Source: Candidatus Omnitrophota bacterium (GTDB taxonomy: Bacteria; Omnitrophota; Gorgyraeia; Duberdicusellales; 4484-171). From it: a stretch of DNA of 64,000 nucleotides. Shown here in pieces: positions 28,939 to 40,111 of this stretch. Within the stretch, counting starts at the first letter, position 1. Each line of letters opens with the position of its first letter. A program made the position numbers and the translations under genes. Under the pieces are notes generated by a model. That model searched no databases. It was given only the letters and a program-made list of their open reading frames with translations, and had not been told where the DNA came from. The stretch covers positions 66,958 through 130,957 of the forward strand of contig JBDRAN010000003.1 in assembly GCA_043823745.1 (NCBI GenBank), in the 5' to 3' direction.

Positions 28939-29925
28939 TTACACCATTTCCAATTTCTTTCTGTCTATCTTTATGCCCAACGTAATGTTCATGGTTTTTA
29001 AAAGATTCGTTACTTCGGTCAACGACTTCTTCCCGAAATTCCGATAGGCCAGCATTTCTGCCTCTGCTTTCTCCACTAAATCAGCAAGAATTTTAATATT
29101 TGCTTCTCGCAAACAGTTGGCGCTGCGAACGGAAAGCTCAAGCTCTGAAATGGGTATTTTAAGCTTCTCATAGAGGGAAATTTCTTCCGGCGTCAACTCC
29201 TCAACCTGCTCTTCGGGTATCTCGCCAAGGGTAAAGAAAAGCTCTAAGTGCCTGCTTAAAACCTTAGCCGCGTAAATCAAGGCCTCCTTGGGTTCGATAC
29301 TGGCATTCGTAAAGATTTCAATTATCAACTTGTCATAATCGGTACGCTTACCCACTCGTGTTCCTTCAACTTTAAACGCAACTTGTTTTACCGGAGTGAA
29401 AATTGAGTCAACCGCAACGACCCCTACCGGCATATCCTCACGCTTATTGCCATCAGCCGGAACAAATCCTCTGCCACGGCCCACGTCCATCTCGACATGA
29501 AACTTGGCCTTCTTTGAGGTAAGCGTAGCGATATGTAAATCGGGGTTAACCACCTCAACCGTCTCGTCGGTAATGATATCTTTGGCGGTAACGATACCCT
29601 CGCCATCGGCCTTGATCGAAATTTTCTTGGGTGCTTTGGAATAGGAACGAAGCACGATATTCTTTATATTGAGGATTATCTCGGGAACATCCTCCATGAC
29701 CCCTTCAATGGTCGTAAACTCATGAGAAACTCCCTCAATGTTCACTGACGTAACTGCCGCGCCTTCAATCGAAGAAAGAAGCACACGCCGCAACGCGTTA
29801 CCGAGAGTTACGCCATACCCACGCTCCAGAGGTTCTGCAATGAACTTTCCGTAATTAGGGGAATAGCTTTCCTGCTCTACGGTAATGCGCTTTGGAAATT
29901 GAAAATCACGCCATGTTATTCCCAT
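28939..29925 (-). CDS. rpoA: RNA polymerase alpha subunit
   Basis: EPLERGYGVTLGNALRRVLLSS, LELSVRSANCL; AGGAG RBS. Confidence 0.97.
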   Translation of the reverse strand: MGITWRDFQFPKRITVEQESYSPNYGKFIAEPLERGYGVTLGNALRRVLLSSIEGAAVTSVNIEGVSHEFTTIEGVMEDVPEIILNIKNIVLRSYSKAPKKISIKADGEGIVTAKDIITDETVEVVNPDLHIATLTSKKAKFHVEMDVGRGRGFVPADGNKREDMPVGVVAVDSIFTPVKQVAFKVEGTRVGKRTDYDKLIIEIFTNASIEPKEALIYAAKVLSRHLELFFTLGEIPEEQVEELTPEEISLYEKLKIPISELELSVRSANCLREANIKILADLVEKAEAEMLAYRNFGKKSLTEVTNLLKTMNITLGIKIDRKKLEMV

Positions 29926-30004
29926 TCGGTACCTCCTTATAGATAATCTTCTTTTATTATTCTGTGTAGATGACGGAAAAAATGACGAAGACAATCGTAT
30001 CGAA

Positions 30005-30634
30005 TTATTTCGAATACAATTCAACGATCAACTGCGTATTAATAGCGATCGCAAGATCTTCTTTTTCGGGAAGACGCACAATCTTAACCGTAAGGGCCTC
30101 AGCGTCAATGTCAAGCCACACAGAGACGCTTCGCTCTTTGCTGTTTGTCTCAATCGTGCTTTTTATAGCTTTTTTAACACTATCGCTTGCCGTAATGGTG
30201 AAAACCTCTCCTTCTTTAACGATATATGAAGGAATATCAATGCGGCCCTTGGCGCCGAAAACAGACCCGTGACAAACCATCTGACGGGCTTGATCGCGCG
30301 AAAAAGCAAAGAGCGCGCGGTAGATAACATTATCAATGCGCCGCTCAAGAAGCTGCACCAGCGTTCTTCCGGTAGCTCCCCGGGAGTGACTTGCCAGATT
30401 AAAAAAACGCCTGAACTGCGCCTCGAGCATTCCGTATATGCGCTTTGTTTTTTGCTTCTCGCGCAACTGTATCGCATAATATGAAGGCTTCCTTTTCTGC
30501 CGGGTATGCATACCGGGAGGAGTCTGACGTTTATTAAAAGCGCACTTTTCTGTCCCGCAACGCGTTCCTTTCAAAAAAAGCTTCATTCCCTCTCTGCGGC
30601 ATAGCCTGCAATCCGAACCTACGTATCGTGCCAT
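30005..30634 (-). CDS. rpsD: 30S ribosomal protein S4 (Cys-containing form)
   Basis: MARY..CRLCRREG..LFLKG.RC...KC; LIVELYSK. Confidence 0.97.
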   Translation of the reverse strand: MARYVGSDCRLCRREGMKLFLKGTRCGTEKCAFNKRQTPPGMHTRQKRKPSYYAIQLREKQKTKRIYGMLEAQFRRFFNLASHSRGATGRTLVQLLERRIDNVIYRALFAFSRDQARQMVCHGSVFGAKGRIDIPSYIVKEGEVFTITASDSVKKAIKSTIETNSKERSVSVWLDIDAEALTVKIVRLPEKEDLAIAINTQLIVELYSK

Positions 30635-30730
30635 AATAATCCCTCTCTTATATTTTATTCACACTTATCAATAACAGAAAAAACCGCGTTCTATCCTTAC
30701 GAATAGCCGTGGCTCGCGCTTTTTCTGTAA

Positions 30731-31129
30731 TCACACTCTGCGTTTCTTGCGCGGCCGGCAGCCGTTATGCGGGCTCGGCGTAACATCTTTGACGCGCTTA
30801 ACGTTAAGCCCCGCGGCTTGCAGAGACCGTATTGCAGCCTCTCTTCCCGGACCCGGTCCTTTTACGAGCACATCGATATCGCTCAATCCCATTTCTTTAG
30901 CCTTGCGGGCAACCGTTAATGACGCAATTTGTGCCGCATAGGGAGTTGACTTTTTAGTTCCCTTAAAACCAACGGTTCCCGATGACGCCCACGCAATCGT
31001 ATTACCCTGTACGTCAGTGATACAAATAGTCGTATTATTGAATGTCGCTTTAATGTGGGCAATGCCGACACTTGACGTTAAGCGAACCTTTTTTTTCTTT
31101 TCAGTTTTCTTTTTCTGAACCGTCGTCAT
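30731..31129 (-). CDS. rpsK: 30S ribosomal protein S11
   Basis: [24 protein letters not shown]. Confidence 0.97.
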   Translation of the reverse strand: MTTVQKKKTEKKKKVRLTSSVGIAHIKATFNNTTICITDVQGNTIAWASSGTVGFKGTKKSTPYAAQIASLTVARKAKEMGLSDIDVLVKGPGPGREAAIRSLQAAGLNVKRVKDVTPSPHNGCRPRKKRRV

Positions 31130-31142
31130 GCTATCTCCTTAA

Positions 31143-31523
31143 TTACTTTTTTATCGGTTTCTTAAGACCGCCAACACGCGGTTTAGGACCTTTACGTGTG
31201 CGCGCGTTGCACCGTGTACGCTGCCCTCTTACCGGAAGCCCCTTTTTATGACGTGTCCCGCGATATGCTCCCACTTCAACTAATCGGCGGATATTTTGCG
31301 TGATTTCACGTTTAAGCTCTCCCTCAACTCTATACGTTGTTTGAATATGAGCGGTAATCTTTGAAACTTCTTCTTCGTTGAGTTGCGATGCCCTCTTTTC
31401 GGGATCGATTCCGACTGCGGCCAATACCTGCATACTATTCGTCGGCCCTATGCCGTACAGATAACAAAGCGCAATCTTAATTTTCTTTTCTTTTGGAAGA
31501 TCTACACCGAGAATTCTTGGCAT
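31143..31523 (-). CDS. rpsM: 30S ribosomal protein S13
   Basis: YGIG, GLPVRGQRT..NARTRKG. Confidence 0.97.
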   Translation of the reverse strand: MPRILGVDLPKEKKIKIALCYLYGIGPTNSMQVLAAVGIDPEKRASQLNEEEVSKITAHIQTTYRVEGELKREITQNIRRLVEVGAYRGTRHKKGLPVRGQRTRCNARTRKGPKPRVGGLKKPIKK

Positions 31524-31602
31524 TGTTCTCTCCTTCTTACCGTATTCGCACGGAAATCAAACACAAACATCAAAACCTACACACGCGCGTAACGTTCGCG
31601 AG

Positions 31603-31716
31603 CTATCCTTGACGCTGCTTATGTTTCGTATTTTTGCAAATAACGCGTACGACACCTTTTCGCTTAATAATTTTACACTTGTCGCAAATTCTTCGTACCG
31701 AAGATCGCACTTTCAT
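31603..31716 (-). CDS. rpmJ: 50S ribosomal protein L36 (absent from ORF track)
   Basis: Own translation [37 protein letters not shown]. Confidence 0.97.
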   Translation of the reverse strand: MKVRSSVRRICDKCKIIKRKGVVRVICKNTKHKQRQG

Positions 31717-31731
31717 TGACAACTGCCTTTT

Positions 31732-31950
31732 TTACTTATATCGATAGGTTATTCTACCCCGTGACAAATCATACGGGGAAAGTTCTATTTTCACTTTATC
31801 ACCGGGTAAAATCCGTATAAAATGCATGCGCATTTTCCCGGAAACATGCCCAAGCACAACATGACCATTTTCAAGCTTAACGCGAAACATCGCATTTGGC
31901 AACGTTTCAACGATTACTCCTTCAACCTCAATTAATTCTTCTTTACTCAT
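31732..31950 (-). CDS. infA: translation initiation factor IF-1
   Basis: [33 protein letters not shown]. Confidence 0.98.
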   Translation of the reverse strand: MSKEELIEVEGVIVETLPNAMFRVKLENGHVVLGHVSGKMRMHFIRILPGDKVKIELSPYDLSRGRITYRYK

Positions 31951-31969
31951 ACTGATATTTAAAAACGTT

Positions 31970-32719
31970 CTACTCAGTTATTACCCACGGCCCGCGCGCG
32001 GTGATAAGTACCGTGTGCTCCCAATGCGCGGACAGTGACCCATCACTCGTTGTTGCAGTCCAGCCATCACCACGCACGTGCACATCATGATGCCCTGCGG
32101 CAACCATTGGCTCGATAGCGATGGCGGTATATTCTTTTAAGACGCTTCCAGCGCCGGCTGAGCCAAAATTGGGAACTTCAGGAGCACAATGTAAATTTCT
32201 GCCGATTCCATGCCCCACGAATTTACGAATCACCGAAAAACCGTGCGACTCGACACAGCGCTGTATGGCCCACCCGACATCGCCAACCGTCGCACCACAT
32301 CGTGCACTCCTGATGCCTTCACGCAGCGCCTTATGCGTCACGTGCAGGAGCGTGCGGGCCTGGGCCGATACTTTTCCGGCCGCGTAGGTCCGCGCGGTAT
32401 CAACATAGATTCCCCGGTAGCGTATGCCAATATCAACACTGACCAGGTCACCTGCTCGCACGATACGCTCTGTGGACGGAATTCCATGTATAACCTCGTC
32501 ATTAAGCGAGACACACAGGGCTGCCGGATACCCGCTAAAGCCTTTAAACGCCGCTTCCATTCCCGGGTATCGTGTGAGAAAATTTTCAAAGAAAACTTCG
32601 ATATCTGCCGTTGTGATGCCCGGCTTAATAACCCAGCGTAACTTTTTCAAAAAGCGTGCGGCGACCTTTCCGGCGGCCCGCATCGCGCCTCGCTCGTCAT
32701 CGCGTAGGTACTCGTTCAC
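31970..32719 (-). CDS. map: methionine aminopeptidase type I
   Basis: HGIP, DTART, GHGIG..LH, AIEPM, SAHWEHT. Confidence 0.95.
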   Translation of the reverse strand: MNEYLRDDERGAMRAAGKVAARFLKKLRWVIKPGITTADIEVFFENFLTRYPGMEAAFKGFSGYPAALCVSLNDEVIHGIPSTERIVRAGDLVSVDIGIRYRGIYVDTARTYAAGKVSAQARTLLHVTHKALREGIRSARCGATVGDVGWAIQRCVESHGFSVIRKFVGHGIGRNLHCAPEVPNFGSAGAGSVLKEYTAIAIEPMVAAGHHDVHVRGDGWTATTSDGSLSAHWEHTVLITARGPWVITE

Positions 32720-33345
32720 GTTAGAATCTTCAGTATCCGCGCAAACACTTCGTCTTTTTCTGCTGAAGCGTTCACCTCGATAAATTTACCTTGGCTCTTA
32801 TAAAAATCCAGGATCGCCTGACTCTGGCCAACGAAAACCTCGAGGCGCTTACGTATCACCTCGGGGGTATCATCCTTTCTCTGGATAAGCTCATCACCAC
32901 AAAGATCGCAAATACCGGTGCTCTTGGGCGGCATATTCTCAATATGATAATTAGCGCCGCACTTCTTGCACACCAAGCGCTTCGATAGCCGGTTGATCAG
33001 CGTTTTTTCATCGACCTCAAGATAGATAAAAGCATCATATTCTATTTTTTTCTTTTTAAAAATACTGTCAAGAACTTTCGCCTGGGCAAGATTACGGGGG
33101 TATCCGTCCAAGATAAAGCCTTCATTATCTACATTCTCCTCGATAACGCGCGAAACAAGCTCATCCGAAACAAGCAATCCCCGCTCCATGTAGCTTTTCA
33201 CCTGCTGCCCCACGGAGCTGCCGCTTTTTACTTCCTGACGCAAGATATCACCCAAAGAAATCGTACGCACGTTATAGTGCGCGCTCAAAACAACCGCCTG
33301 GGTCCCCTTGCCGGAACCCGGAGCGCCAAAAAGAACTATCTTCAC
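32716..33345 (-). CDS. adk: adenylate kinase (Zn-lid type)
   Basis: GAPGSGKGTQA, LDGYPRN, CxxC...CxxC, QRKDD; GTG start after GGAGG. Confidence 0.96.
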   Translation of the reverse strand: MKIVLFGAPGSGKGTQAVVLSAHYNVRTISLGDILRQEVKSGSSVGQQVKSYMERGLLVSDELVSRVIEENVDNEGFILDGYPRNLAQAKVLDSIFKKKKIEYDAFIYLEVDEKTLINRLSKRLVCKKCGANYHIENMPPKSTGICDLCGDELIQRKDDTPEVIRKRLEVFVGQSQAILDFYKSQGKFIEVNASAEKDEVFARILKILT

Positions 33346-33456
33346 CCCGTTAGACCTCCCCCTTATCATTATTCCTGTACCGATAGTTTTCTCTGGATAA
33401 ACCTTTTTTTATGCTCTCTAGTAAAATGCACGAGTTATACATAGGTCTAACGGGGT

Positions 33457-34812
33457 TCATTTCCTTCCCCGCAGGCTTCCGCCCTTGATAAAACCCTCGT
33501 AATGACGAATAAAAAGTTGCCCCTCAAGCTGCTTCATCGTGTCAAGCACCACACCAACAAGAATTAGAATCGTCGTTCCACCAAAGAATGAAGCCACATC
33601 ATACGAGGGAACACGAAACAAATGCATAATCATATTTGGCAAAATCGCCAGCACTGATATATACATTGCGCCCACGAAAACGATACGCGTTGCAACAAAA
33701 TCAAGATACTCCATGGTAGGAGTACCCGGCCGTATACCCGGAATAAATCCACCGCTTTTTTTAAGATGGTTCGATATCTCCTGCGGATTAAAGACCATAG
33801 CGGTATAGAAATACATAAAAAATATAATTAAAATAATATAGAGCGCATTGTAGGCAACACCGCGCTCAGCCATCATGGTCTGCAGAACCCGAATGAATGG
33901 TAATTTTGCCGGCAAGAACGTCGCGATTGTCGCAGGAAAAAGAATAACGCTTTGCGCGAAGATAATCGCGATCACCCCTGACATATCCACGCGTATCGGC
34001 AGATAGGTACTCTGCCCCATAGCCACCCGGCGTCCGACAATACGCTTTCCATGATGGACAGGGATCCGACGCTGGCCTTGCGTAAAAAGAATTACCGCCA
34101 TAACGACCACAATAAATAACACACCAAGCGCGATAACGGTAAATGTCGACATTTGACGCTTGGTGGCATCAAACGGCGAATACAAAAGCCACATCTGCTG
34201 CAGCGAAATAGGAACACGGGAAATAATACCGGTTGCAATGATAAGCGACATTCCATTACCGATGCCGCGTTCCTGGATCTGCTCACCGAGCCACATAATA
34301 AACACGGTCCCGGCAGTAAGCGTCAAAATGGTGGTCAGAAAGAAAAGAAACCCCTTATCGGGCACAACCCTGATGCCTTTAAAATTACCATCATTCGCAA
34401 GCCAGACCGCTAAAAAGAACCCCTGCACTACGCATAATACTAACGTCATCCACCGCGTATACTGGTTTATTTTCTCATACCCGGCTTTCCCCTCTTTCGC
34501 CAACTTCTCAAGCGCCGGCACCACGGCAGTCAAAAGCTGCATGATGATCGAGCTTGAGATATAGGGCATGATACCAAGTGCGAATATACTTAAACGCGTG
34601 AGCGCGCCGCCGGTAAAAAGATTCATAATACCGAGCAACGTCTGCGTTCCGGCTTTCGCGTACATTTCAAAGAACTTTGAAAGAGCTGACGTATCAATTC
34701 CCGGCGTTGGAATATAGCAGCCGATACGATATACAACCAGCAATGCAAGTGAAACAAAAACTTTCTTGCGTAATTCCTCTACCCTGAATATATTAGCTAA
34801 TGCCCCAAACAT
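33457..34812 (-). CDS. secY: preprotein translocase subunit SecY
   Basis: SIFALGIMPYISSSII, GIGNGMSL, FIPGIRPG. Confidence 0.98.
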   Translation of the reverse strand: MFGALANIFRVEELRKKVFVSLALLVVYRIGCYIPTPGIDTSALSKFFEMYAKAGTQTLLGIMNLFTGGALTRLSIFALGIMPYISSSIIMQLLTAVVPALEKLAKEGKAGYEKINQYTRWMTLVLCVVQGFFLAVWLANDGNFKGIRVVPDKGFLFFLTTILTLTAGTVFIMWLGEQIQERGIGNGMSLIIATGIISRVPISLQQMWLLYSPFDATKRQMSTFTVIALGVLFIVVVMAVILFTQGQRRIPVHHGKRIVGRRVAMGQSTYLPIRVDMSGVIAIIFAQSVILFPATIATFLPAKLPFIRVLQTMMAERGVAYNALYIILIIFFMYFYTAMVFNPQEISNHLKKSGGFIPGIRPGTPTMEYLDFVATRIVFVGAMYISVLAILPNMIMHLFRVPSYDVASFFGGTTILILVGVVLDTMKQLEGQLFIRHYEGFIKGGSLRGRK

Positions 34813-34821
34813 CGTTTCGGA

Positions 34822-35277
34822 TTAGGAACGTTCCAAGATAAGAGCAGTGCCGCCGGCACCTTCAATGGTTTGTTTTGCTTTTTGAGAAAATTTATCCGCT
34901 TTGACCGTAACTTTTAAAGAAAACGCATCTTTGATTCTCGCGAGAATTTTGACCGCTTTTGTTTCGTCACCGATCAGACCAAGCTCACAAAGCACTTTTG
35001 GGTCTAGCGCGGTTTTTCCTTTCGCATGAACCTGGATATCCGCAAGGTTAACCAATTGATACTCATCGCGCTTATATATATTAAAGCCTCTCTTGGGAAG
35101 CTTGCGGACAAACGGGATATTCCCGCCGTTAAAACCAATATAGGGAAGTTTCTTTCCGCTGCGCTGTCCTGCCCCATTGTTGCCGCGGCCCGCAGTTTTA
35201 CCCCAACCCGAACCACACCCCCGCCCCTTACGCTGAGGCGTTTTTGATATTTTTGAGGTCAGTTTTGACAGATCCAT
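34822..35277 (-). CDS. rplO: 50S ribosomal protein L15
   Basis: GRG.GSG.GKTAGRG, LPKRGF. Confidence 0.96.
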   Translation of the reverse strand: MDLSKLTSKISKTPQRKGRGCGSGWGKTAGRGNNGAGQRSGKKLPYIGFNGGNIPFVRKLPKRGFNIYKRDEYQLVNLADIQVHAKGKTALDPKVLCELGLIGDETKAVKILARIKDAFSLKVTVKADKFSQKAKQTIEGAGGTALILERS

Positions 35278-35280
35278 TGG

Positions 35281-35733
35281 TTATCCCTTTAAATCCTGCA
35301 ACGCAACTACCGTTGCTTTCACTACATTAATAGGATTTGTTGACTTTTTTATAACTTTTGTCAGGATGTCATGGATTCCTACCCCTTCGCAAATCGCGCG
35401 AACCGGGCTTGAAGCGATAACTCCCGTCCCTTTGGCGGCGGGCTTTAAAAACACTTCAACCGCGCCGAATTTTCCCCGCACTTCATGCGCAATCGTTGTC
35501 TCGGTTCTTTTAATCGATACCATCATCTTTTTTGCACGTCGGATTCCTTTCTTAATAGCCTCGGCAACTTCGTTCGCTTTTCCCAGGGCATACCCAACTT
35601 TCTCTTTGCCATCGCCAACGACAACCAGCGCCGCAAAGCTCATATTCTTTCCACCCTTGGTGACCTTGGTAACTCTATTGATTGAAATCACCTTTTCGAT
35701 AAATACATTTTCTTGCTGAATGGTTGGTTCCAT
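35281..35733 (-). CDS. rpsE: 30S ribosomal protein S5
   Basis: [23 protein letters not shown]. Confidence 0.97.
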   Translation of the reverse strand: MEPTIQQENVFIEKVISINRVTKVTKGGKNMSFAALVVVGDGKEKVGYALGKANEVAEAIKKGIRRAKKMMVSIKRTETTIAHEVRGKFGAVEVFLKPAAKGTGVIASSPVRAICEGVGIHDILTKVIKKSTNPINVVKATVVALQDLKG

Positions 35734-36086
35734 TAGAATCTCAATCCTCCTTCTCGTAAACCTTCTGCCAGGGCTTTTACCTTTCCATGGAACTTATACC
35801 CTGCGCGGTCAAAACAAATTTCTTTGATTCCGCGGGCCACCGCTAAACCTGCTGCCATGGTACCGAGCACCTTCGCGGCCTCTTTGTCGGCAGTTTTTGC
35901 GCTTTGTGCCCTGAAGGCCTTACTTAACGTCGAGCAACCGGTCATGACTTTTCCTTGACTATCATCAACGAACTGCACTGACATATTTTTATTACTGCGA
36001 AAAACAACTACGCGGGGTTTTGCCGCCGTACCCTCCATTCGTTTCGTAATACGCACGTGCCGTTGTTCTCGAGCGACTGTTTTCAT
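35733..36086 (-). CDS. rplR: 50S ribosomal protein L18
   Basis: [19 protein letters not shown]. Confidence 0.96.
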   Translation of the reverse strand: MKTVAREQRHVRITKRMEGTAAKPRVVVFRSNKNMSVQFVDDSQGKVMTGCSTLSKAFRAQSAKTADKEAAKVLGTMAAGLAVARGIKEICFDRAGYKFHGKVKALAEGLREGGLRF

Positions 36087-36107
36087 TGGTTATCCCTTTT
36101 GTAAGCC

Positions 36108-36647
36108 CTACTTCGCTAAGGCCTTGCCCAACTTCTTTTTGACTGTTTCACCCACAAAACGAATCCCCTTCCCCTGATAAGGCTCAGGCGGAAATACTTT
36201 ACGAACCTTTGAAACAAATTCACTCACCTGTTGTTTATCGATCCCTTCGGCAACAATACGGTTAGGATTCGGTGTAACGACTTTAAGACCCGCCGGAATC
36301 GCAACCTCGACAGGATGAGAAAATTGAAGATTAAGAACCAGCGTGGCACCCTTCATTTGAGCTTTATACCCGACGCCAACCACGTCAAGTTCACGTTTAT
36401 ACGCTTCAGTAACCCCCTTGACCATATTATAAATAAGCGCGCGGATCGTTCCATGGAGGCTCCTGGACTGTTTTTGGTCATTGATGCGCGTAACCACAAT
36501 TTTATCAGCTGAAACTTCGATCTTGATTGCTTCCGGGATCGCAAGCGAGAGTTTTCCTTTTGGGCCTTCAACGAGAAGAGAACCATCAAGAAGCGTTACC
36601 TTGACGCCCTTCGGCACGACAATAGGTTGTTTTCCTACTCTTGACAT
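36108..36647 (-). CDS. rplF: 50S ribosomal protein L6
   Basis: MSRVGKQP, PEPYQGKGI. Confidence 0.97.
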   Translation of the reverse strand: MSRVGKQPIVVPKGVKVTLLDGSLLVEGPKGKLSLAIPEAIKIEVSADKIVVTRINDQKQSRSLHGTIRALIYNMVKGVTEAYKRELDVVGVGYKAQMKGATLVLNLQFSHPVEVAIPAGLKVVTPNPNRIVAEGIDKQQVSEFVSKVRKVFPPEPYQGKGIRFVGETVKKKLGKALAK

Positions 36648-36648
36648 C

Positions 36649-37038
36649 TCACCACACCATCCCTAACAATTCGCCGCCTATTTTCTTTTCTTTTACCTGC
36701 GTATCGGTCATGACCCCTTGTGATGTTGAAATGATCGCGATGCCAAATCCGCGCAAGACATGGGGAATCGTGTCGTTGGTAACAAACACTCTTCTTCCCG
36801 GACGCGACACTCGTTTAATCTGCTTTAACACGCTTCTTTTTTTATCGTACTTAAGATAGACTTTTATCTTCTTAAAACCCTCAAGCTCAACGTCTTTATA
36901 ATTTTCGATATACCCGTTTTCTTTCAGTATCTCGCAAATACGCGCAAACATTTTTGAATACGGGATCAAGGTATCATCCTTCTGCGCCCGCACCGCGTTT
37001 CGTATTACCGTAAACCCGCTTCCGATTAAATCAGCCAT
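36649..37038 (-). CDS. rpsH: 30S ribosomal protein S8
   Basis: VSRPGRR, STSQGVMT, GGE. Confidence 0.96.
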   Translation of the reverse strand: MADLIGSGFTVIRNAVRAQKDDTLIPYSKMFARICEILKENGYIENYKDVELEGFKKIKVYLKYDKKRSVLKQIKRVSRPGRRVFVTNDTIPHVLRGFGIAIISTSQGVMTDTQVKEKKIGGELLGMVW

Positions 37039-37060
37039 AGTCGCTCCTGCCTTCCGATTT

Positions 37061-37255
37061 TTACCAGCTCGCTTTTTTTACTCCCGGTATCATACCCTGC
37101 CATGCGAGCTGACGAAAACAAATACGACAGAGTTCAAAATCACGGATATACCCCCGGGGCCTACCACATAACCTACACCGATTACGATATCGGGTAGAAA
37201 ACTTCACTTTAATTTTTTCTCTTTTCCACTTTTCAATCTTAGCCGTTGTTGCCAT
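37061..37255 (-). CDS. rpsN: 30S ribosomal protein S14 (zinc, type Z)
   Basis: RCRLCGRPR...LCRICFR...PGVKKASW; GAGGAG RBS. Confidence 0.96.
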   Translation of the reverse strand: MATTAKIEKWKREKIKVKFSTRYRNRCRLCGRPRGYIRDFELCRICFRQLAWQGMIPGVKKASW

Positions 37256-37268
37256 TGTCTCCTCGTCT

Positions 37269-37859
37269 TTATCGCGCTTGCTTTCTAAACGGAAAACCCA
37301 AAAGATCAAGCAATGCCTTTGCTTCCTTGTCGGTTTTCGCGGAGGTATGAATCGTAATGGTCATACCTTGCGTACGCGTAATCTTATCAAGTTCAAGTTC
37401 CGGAAAAATATTCTGCTCTAATAACCCGAAATTATAACTTCCTCTACCGTCAAACCCATGCGACGAAAATCCCCTGAAATCCCTGATACGCGGGGATGCC
37501 GTTGCAATAAAACGCTCGAGAAACTCATACATACGGTAGCGCCGCATCGTTACACAGCACCCAATCGGCATGCCTTTTTTCAGCTTAAAATTAGAAATAG
37601 GCTTACGCGCCCGGCAAATTTTTGCTTTCTGCCCCGCAATAACCGCAAGCTCCTCTGCTGCCTTTTCGGTAAATTTGGCATCATTAACCGCTTCTTTAAC
37701 GCCCATATTAATCACGATTTTTACCAGACGAGGCACCGCCAGGGCCGCGGAATAATTAAACTGAACCTTCATCGCCGGTACGATTTCGCTGCGATAACGC
37801 GCAAGGAGCGTCGGAGTATATTGAGCCTTAGGATTATTTGTTATATCTCCTGCTGACAT
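37269..37859 (-). CDS. rplE: 50S ribosomal protein L5
   Basis: [20 protein letters not shown]; start approximate. Confidence 0.96.
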   Translation of the reverse strand: MSAGDITNNPKAQYTPTLLARYRSEIVPAMKVQFNYSAALAVPRLVKIVINMGVKEAVNDAKFTEKAAEELAVIAGQKAKICRARKPISNFKLKKGMPIGCCVTMRRYRMYEFLERFIATASPRIRDFRGFSSHGFDGRGSYNFGLLEQNIFPELELDKITRTQGMTITIHTSAKTDKEAKALLDLLGFPFRKQAR

Positions 37860-38155
37860 TTTCTGCAAAACCTCACTTTACTTTTATCGGTCATCACTTT
37901 AACGCCAAAACGAACGCCTTTATTGCAATTGGAACAAAGGAGGGCGACATTCGCGATACGCAACGGCGCCGGAATTTCCTTGATACCACCCGTTTCGGTC
38001 TCTGAGCGACGGCGCATATGTTTTTTAACAATATTCGCTCCTTCAACAATAACTGTGTGCTTCTCGGGGATACACTTTAACACTTTTCCGCGCTTTCCTT
38101 TATCTTTCCCCTTCAAGATAGTTACCTTATCTCCTTTTCGAATCATCAAGCTCAT
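37841..38155 (-). CDS. rplX: 50S ribosomal protein L24
   Basis: KGDKV..LKGKDKGKRG, VEGAN. Confidence 0.96.
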   Translation of the reverse strand: MSLMIRKGDKVTILKGKDKGKRGKVLKCIPEKHTVIVEGANIVKKHMRRRSETETGGIKEIPAPLRIANVALLCSNCNKGVRFGVKVMTDKSKVRFCRKCQQEI

Positions 38156-38177
38156 GAGTTTCCTTTATTAGGGTGTG

Positions 38178-38543
38178 CTAAATAACCTCTGGTGCAAGAG
38201 AGAGTATTTTACCGAATCGGTCACGCAATTCACGCGCGACAGGCCCGAACACGCGCGTCGCACGAGGGTTGTTTTGTTTATCGATAATAACGCACGCGTT
38301 GCTATCAAATTTGATCGTTACGCCGTCGGCTCGATGAATCGGAAAATGCGTACGCACAATCACCGCGCGCACCACTTCACCTTTCTTGATGGGCGCATTT
38401 GGGTTGACTTGTTTAACATTTGCCGTGATAACATCACCGATAATGCCAAAACTCTTATTTTTTTTACCGATCGTACCGATGTATTTAACAACTTTGGCAC
38501 CGCTATTATCCGCAACATCAAGCTTTGTACGTATAAAAATCAT
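38178..38543 (-). CDS. rplN: 50S ribosomal protein L14
   Basis: VADNSGAK, TRVFGPVARELR, SLAPEV. Confidence 0.97.
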   Translation of the reverse strand: MIFIRTKLDVADNSGAKVVKYIGTIGKKNKSFGIIGDVITANVKQVNPNAPIKKGEVVRAVIVRTHFPIHRADGVTIKFDSNACVIIDKQNNPRATRVFGPVARELRDRFGKILSLAPEVI

Positions 38544-38779
38544 TTCACGACCTCAAAAAGCTTATAGTGGGTATCTTTTGAATACGGGCGGCACTCGATA
38601 ATCTTAACGCGGTCTCCCGTCTTACACGTATTCTCCTCGTCATGTATTTTATAACGCTTTTTCTTGATAACCAGACGATCGTAAAACGCGTGCACCACAC
38701 GCGTGACAACCACTACAACGCGCGTTTTCTGCATTTTATCCGAAACCACGGTACCTTCTAAAATCTTTCCTTTACCCAT
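38540..38779 (-). CDS. rpsQ: 30S ribosomal protein S17
   Basis: GTVVSDKMQKT, HDE, ECRPYSK. Confidence 0.96.
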   Translation of the reverse strand: MGKGKILEGTVVSDKMQKTRVVVVVTRVVHAFYDRLVIKKKRYKIHDEENTCKTGDRVKIIECRPYSKDTHYKLFEVVK

Positions 38780-38780
38780 C

Positions 38781-38972
38781 TTATGCCTCTTTTGATTTCT
38801 CTTTCAGTATTGTCAGGATCCGCGCGATATCGCGTTTCACCTGCCCGAAGAGATGGGGCTTTTCCGCCCCGGTTTTACGTTTAAACTCAAGCTCCATGCG
38901 CTGCTTGCGCAAATCGCTGATTTTACTCTGTAGCTCTTCCTTTGATAGTACGCGTAATTCTTGTGCTTTCAT
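38781..38972 (-). CDS. rpmC: 50S ribosomal protein L29
   Basis: MKAQELR, KRDIARILT; position. Confidence 0.95.
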   Translation of the reverse strand: MKAQELRVLSKEELQSKISDLRKQRMELEFKRKTGAEKPHLFGQVKRDIARILTILKEKSKEA

Positions 38973-39376
38973 TTCCGTCTCATTACAAACATTGTCTTAA
39001 AAGGAACCTTATACGCGACCAGACGGAACGATGCGCGCGCATAGTCTTCCGGGATACCCCCCAACTCAAACAACACCATACCGCGTTTGACAACGACAAC
39101 CCACCGCTCAACTTCGCCCTTTCCTTTACCCATACGCGCTTCTGCCGGATGTTTAGTAATCGGCTTATCAGGAAATACCCTCAGCCACAGTTTTCCGCCT
39201 CGACGCAAACGTCTCGTTAAGATAACACGCGCAGTTTCAAGCTGCGCTGCCGAGAGCCAGCCGGCTTGGAGCGATTTTAATCCGTATTCACCAAAACAAA
39301 CCGTGGAACCGGTCGCGATTCCTCGACGTTTTCCTTTTTGAGTTTTACGATATTTTACGCGCGCAGGAAACAACAT
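38969..39376 (-). CDS. rplP: 50S ribosomal protein L16
   Basis: RVFPDKP, RMGKGKG. Confidence 0.97.
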   Translation of the reverse strand: MLFPARVKYRKTQKGKRRGIATGSTVCFGEYGLKSLQAGWLSAAQLETARVILTRRLRRGGKLWLRVFPDKPITKHPAEARMGKGKGEVERWVVVVKRGMVLFELGGIPEDYARASFRLVAYKVPFKTMFVMRRK

Positions 39377-39379
39377 AGC

Positions 39380-40099
39380 TTATCTCTCGCCTTCGGATTG
39401 CCGCGGCGAGTACCGTGGCCGTTGTCGATCTTGCTGGGGTGCTGCTTCCTGAATCATGTATGCCCCCAGAGGCTTTACGCCACGATAAATCCACACTTTC
39501 ACCCCTATGGTGCCATAGGTTGTTGCCGCAAGACCAAAACCATAATCAATGTCGGCACTGAAAGTCTGCAGGGGAACTTTTCCGTATCGATATATTTCTG
39601 CACGGGCGATTTCTGCACCCTCGAGGCGTCCCGAACAGCGCATCTTCATTCCTTCACAGCCAAGATTCTGCGCCTGCTGCATCGCTTTTTTCATCGCGCG
39701 GCGAAAATTAACCCGCTTGGTGAGCTGGAATGCGATCGTCTCCGCCACGAGTTGCGCGTCAAGCGCTGCCTCTGATACTTCCTGCACCGGCACATCAATT
39801 TCTTTTTTCGTAAGCTCTCTGAGCGCATTCTTTACTTTCTCGATATCCTGGCCACGTCTACCGATAATAACACCGGGACGGGAAGTTTTAATGAACACTT
39901 TGATCAAGGTTGGCGAAACACGCTCGATGATAATATCGGAAATGGAACCCTTGGGATAATTTTTCCTGACCACTTCGCGTATACGAATATCTTCTTCAAG
40001 GAAATCAGCGAACTCACGCTTACGTGCCGTAAACCATCGAGAACGCCAATCTTTACCAAATCCTAATCGTAAAACATACGGATGAACTTTTTGACCCAT
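39380..40099 (-). CDS. rpsC: 30S ribosomal protein S3
   Basis: MGQKVHP, RPGVIIG, SGRL.GAEIAR, GVKVWI. Confidence 0.97.
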   Translation of the reverse strand: MGQKVHPYVLRLGFGKDWRSRWFTARKREFADFLEEDIRIREVVRKNYPKGSISDIIIERVSPTLIKVFIKTSRPGVIIGRRGQDIEKVKNALRELTKKEIDVPVQEVSEAALDAQLVAETIAFQLTKRVNFRRAMKKAMQQAQNLGCEGMKMRCSGRLEGAEIARAEIYRYGKVPLQTFSADIDYGFGLAATTYGTIGVKVWIYRGVKPLGAYMIQEAAPQQDRQRPRYSPRQSEGER

Positions 40100-40111
40100 A
40101 CTATCCTCTTA

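Noticed and set aside
35277-35281. Missing rpmD (L30) between rpsE and rplO
   Set aside because: Real absence at this site, but L30 loss is common in many lineages including PVC, so not unusual
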